From positions 1 to 29,010 of the forward strand of contig JAYPIC010000017.1 in the NCBI GenBank assembly GCA_038127595.1: DNA of 29,010 nucleotides, read 5' to 3'. A program made the translations under genes and the position numbers. Under the pieces are notes generated by a model that was not told the origin of the DNA, did not search any database, and was given only the letters and a program-made list of their open reading frames with translations. The DNA is from a bacterium (GTDB lineage Bacteria; Fidelibacterota; Marinisomatia; Marinisomatales; UBA1611). Positions 27,001-29,010 of this stretch are shown here, piece by piece; positions within the stretch are counted from its first letter, which is position 1; each line of letters begins with the position of its first letter.

Positions 27001-27904
27001 AAAAGCTACTGATACATATGGTAACGGTTTAACTTCTGTAGATTTTCTACAAAGAGACATAGAAGTTAGATGGGTTGGTGAATTTGTTGATGAACCAATT
27101 ACAACAGACGCAGGTGTAGTTTATTATACAGCTGATACCAACCTCCCTCATTCATATGCATGGATCAGTGGTTCTAGATTAAGCCCATTAGCTGATCATC
27201 CAGATCCTGCTAACCCTGGTGACGGTTCTTCTTTCAGGGTAGCAGTTCCGTTTGAAGTTTGGGACATGGAAGATCCAAATGGTCCTAGACAAATTGATAT
27301 TGATATTTATGATAGAATACAGTCATTTAACTCAGGAGATACAGTGTATGTGTTTAATCCGTTTGATCGTATGTATACACACTTTATGATGGCTGATTAT
27401 CAAGAAGATGGTCTATATGAGGATGGACCAACTGGAACACCGACTGATTTCTTGACATGGAATATCGTATGGTGGGAAGCACAGTTTAACCAAGGTGATG
27501 TAGTTCGTTTTAATTACGCGAACCCAATTCAGCCTGGCGTAGATGAATTTGTCTTCAGCACAATGGCTAGTGAAACAGTCGCATCAAATGATGTATCCGA
27601 AGTTAGTGTTTATCCAAACCCATACTATGGAACTCATGAGCTAGAAAGTAGTCGTGCAGAAAAATATGTTTCTTTTAACCATTTACCGGTTGAGGCAAAG
27701 ATAGACATTTACTCTTTAGGTGGTGTTTTTGTTAGAAGTATAGACAAAAATGATGCATCACAATTTGCTCAGTGGGATCTTAAGAACCAGTATGGTTATC
27801 CAGTTGCAAGTGGTATGTATGTAGCACGGATCAAATCTGGTGGTGAAGAGAAAATCTTAAAAATTGCACTTGTTCAAGAAACACAAGTGTTGAAATACTA
27901 TTAA
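24044..27904 (+). CDS. Large secreted/surface protein with T9SS type-A-like C-terminal sorting domain
   Basis: ATG 24044 preferred (GAGGG SD, signal peptide MKIKNIKLIAAASIILVSSLFS). C-terminus VSVYPNPY...FNHLP...IYSLGGVFVR...WDLKNQYGYPVASGMYVARI...KILKIALV. Fn3-like segment (GYVVY...YHFAVTAY) and DxDGDG motifs. Confidence 0.8.
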   Translation: MKIKNIKLIAAASIILVSSLFSKELASTSVSSKATQRVLNGENQSPGISVLNINNIAYWIGKDGAYTTAGSPNGTMADYPIFTGGFIYSDGMLWGAKVKGDGQGDEVRVGGSTYYHGLKAGRIITDAEGNVLGSDDPVNNHVWRVRKDWATADLTVDAANYYAVGTGDVSAAQISVVKNQYEYDWYNWPAAWGAPYHDVNGDGSYDPAVDVPGYPGADQTMWTIANDVPLIVDAAGDSIGYSNTAPSLYGADPIGIELQITLWGYAFGASDPLGNNIFKQAKMKYMGLPGTPDGAMLDSLYFTQWSDPDLGTYTDDYVGCDIDLSFGYVYNGNRLDGVFNGIFNLPVPAGGYDFLQGPPDNMDIDGDGDTEEYLGMTSFTYFGAGSAISDPDLSSYSGSLQFFNLMEGFLPRPEYPQQIPFTDPSTGLETKYALSGDPTSGSGWIDGVQLPPGDRRMVMASGPFRLNLGEEADVVFGIAGGMGLDNVSSVSVAKFHDLYGQYAYDQEFNLPSAPSSPTVHGIEMDGSIGLDWGSDENSVSATEETVSAGFEFEGYVVYQLPSASSPLSEAVKVATYDKVNLIQNILDPSIDPITGLVVDAAKQTGTDAGVQRYFSTDYDEVRGRPMSNGITYHFAVTAYSYLADNEGSPFKTLESGETRIAVTPRSLNPGETVHSEMSSAIDITHNGTANATINVSVINPYELKDESYKVTFDTQEYYRDLDGTWKKVVAGRAAGKASDCTGSTVAAAAVASATVGTIDLVLTFTMNCGSNWVDGIDFTFPADMGTINSWEVIGPGNLCSYGTGSGQNCNNLDGTLDGNTLLFGTVNTGGGFGAFESSNTFKINYTPGSGGYPYDVGFTVYDDAYDGTEVNAVGTATVAELGYETKTEYHWNLSTAGGTVLLEDQTFIGGADLYGGASVDNNSSLHYNSAAAVTVDGFHLNVDGGYDSPVDYFESVITPDAANAALYGESSYDLGSYIRYGWALTSKATDTYGNGLTSVDFLQRDIEVRWVGEFVDEPITTDAGVVYYTADTNLPHSYAWISGSRLSPLADHPDPANPGDGSSFRVAVPFEVWDMEDPNGPRQIDIDIYDRIQSFNSGDTVYVFNPFDRMYTHFMMADYQEDGLYEDGPTGTPTDFLTWNIVWWEAQFNQGDVVRFNYANPIQPGVDEFVFSTMASETVASNDVSEVSVYPNPYYGTHELESSRAEKYVSFNHLPVEAKIDIYSLGGVFVRSIDKNDASQFAQWDLKNQYGYPVASGMYVARIKSGGEEKILKIALVQETQVLKYY

Positions 27905-27927
27905 TCACCATATAAACGGAGATAAAA

Positions 27928-28956
27928 ATGAAAAAACATATTATTACAAGTTTAGTAATTATAGCAATTAGCTCTCTAGTTGTTGCTCAGAGTTCTAGAA
28001 TGGGTTCTGCATCATCAACACAGCTGCTCGTAGTTCCTAGTGCTAAGCACCTTTCAGGTGGTGGTGCTGCTGCTACAGCAACAGGGATGGATGCTACATT
28101 TTGGAATCCTGCTGGATTGGCAATGAGTGAAAATAGTATTGATGCAATTTTCTCAAATCGTCAGTATTTCGCAGATATTGATAACAGCTTCTTTGGGGTT
28201 GCAACAGATATTGGTGAATATAAAATGGGTGTTACTGTAAGGACATTTAACATCGGTGATATAAATGAAACCACTGTTTATTTTCCGGATGGAACTGGTC
28301 AGGTATTTACGCCTAACTTTTCTATCCTAGGTGGAAGTATTGCTAAAAAGCTATCTGACAATACTAGCGTTGGCATGAACGTAAACTACGTTAGAGAAGG
28401 ATTTGGTAGAGTTTCTGCTTCTGGCGTTGCTTACGACTTAGGCGTTCAATACAAAGGACTACTTGGTAGAGAAAATTTAGATGTTGGATTTGCTCTTAAA
28501 AACTTTGGTAGCCCAGTCAAGTATGATGGTCCAGGCTTAGGTGTGTTTGCTGAACCTTCAGATGCTGATAGACCTTCAGAGTATTATAAAATTGATGCTG
28601 CTGCTTTTGATTTGCCTTTTACATTTGATATGGCTATTTCATATAATATTGCAGGAGCTGATCTAGGTGCGACTTACACTAGTAATTATTATTCTACAGA
28701 TGAGTTAAAGCTTAGTGTCGGATACAAAATTGAAGGGCTTGGCTCTGTAGGTGTTGGAATTCAAACCTCTGGAGCTGCTCAAGAGATTGAAGATGCTGAT
28801 GGTGATTGGTATACAAATCCATCAGATGGTGTATCTTTTGGCGCTTCCGTTGACCTATCTAGATATGTTGGAACTAATCTTAGTGTAGATTATTCTATGC
28901 TTCCAATGGGTGACTTTGGAACGAATTCTGTAGTTGCTTTGAGATTAGCATTTTAA
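27928..28956 (+). CDS. PorV/PorQ-family (FadL-like) outer membrane beta-barrel
   Basis: Signal peptide; LLVVPSAKHLSGGGA..A..GMDATFWNPAGLA hatch motif; AYDLGVQY, GFALKNFG, DLP and VDYS; C-terminal Phe. Confidence 0.85.
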   Translation: MKKHIITSLVIIAISSLVVAQSSRMGSASSTQLLVVPSAKHLSGGGAAATATGMDATFWNPAGLAMSENSIDAIFSNRQYFADIDNSFFGVATDIGEYKMGVTVRTFNIGDINETTVYFPDGTGQVFTPNFSILGGSIAKKLSDNTSVGMNVNYVREGFGRVSASGVAYDLGVQYKGLLGRENLDVGFALKNFGSPVKYDGPGLGVFAEPSDADRPSEYYKIDAAAFDLPFTFDMAISYNIAGADLGATYTSNYYSTDELKLSVGYKIEGLGSVGVGIQTSGAAQEIEDADGDWYTNPSDGVSFGASVDLSRYVGTNLSVDYSMLPMGDFGTNSVVALRLAF

Positions 28957-28980
28957 TTAAATAATTTAATTTAATTATTT

Positions 28981-29010
28981 AAAAGGGCAGATTTTATCTG
29001 CCCTTTTTTT
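28981..29010 (+). terminator. Intrinsic terminator after the PorV-like gene
   Basis: AAAAGGGCAGA-TTTTA-TCTGCCCTTTTTTT. Confidence 0.9.

Noticed and set aside
28950..28984. AT-only inverted repeat before the final terminator, and TA run near 20778-20790
   Set aside because: Expected by chance in AT-rich intergenic DNA.

Overview
AT-rich, densely coded bacterial DNA with very short intergenic spacers. Gene content and style suggest a streamlined marine FCB-group organism such as Marinimicrobia/SAR406 (inference, not verified). Left to right: a partial M28 peptidase, apaG, a SAM methyltransferase, an aldo/keto reductase, an Smr protein and a TPR lipoprotein; a 7-gene operon (4214-12167); a reverse-strand purA-purL-purM-OPT cluster; an iodotyrosine-deiodinase-like nitroreductase, a short asparaginase and arsC; and a TonB-dependent receptor / T9SS-CTD-like giant protein / PorV-like barrel triplet with a structured 5' leader. 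The standout is the 7-gene operon, bounded by a near-consensus sigma70 promoter and an intrinsic terminator. It encodes three exported coiled-coil/TPR/beta-rich proteins, a PomAB-like (probably Na+) stator, a re-engineered FliF-like protein and a divergent FliG. The FliF-like protein keeps only RBM3/beta-collar, lacks RBM1/RBM2 and gains a ~195-aa coiled-coil stalk. The FliG has a degenerate FliM-binding motif and a shortened torque helix. No switch, export, rod, hook or filament genes are present. This looks like a candidate stand-alone, non-flagellar rotary motor spanning the cell envelope.
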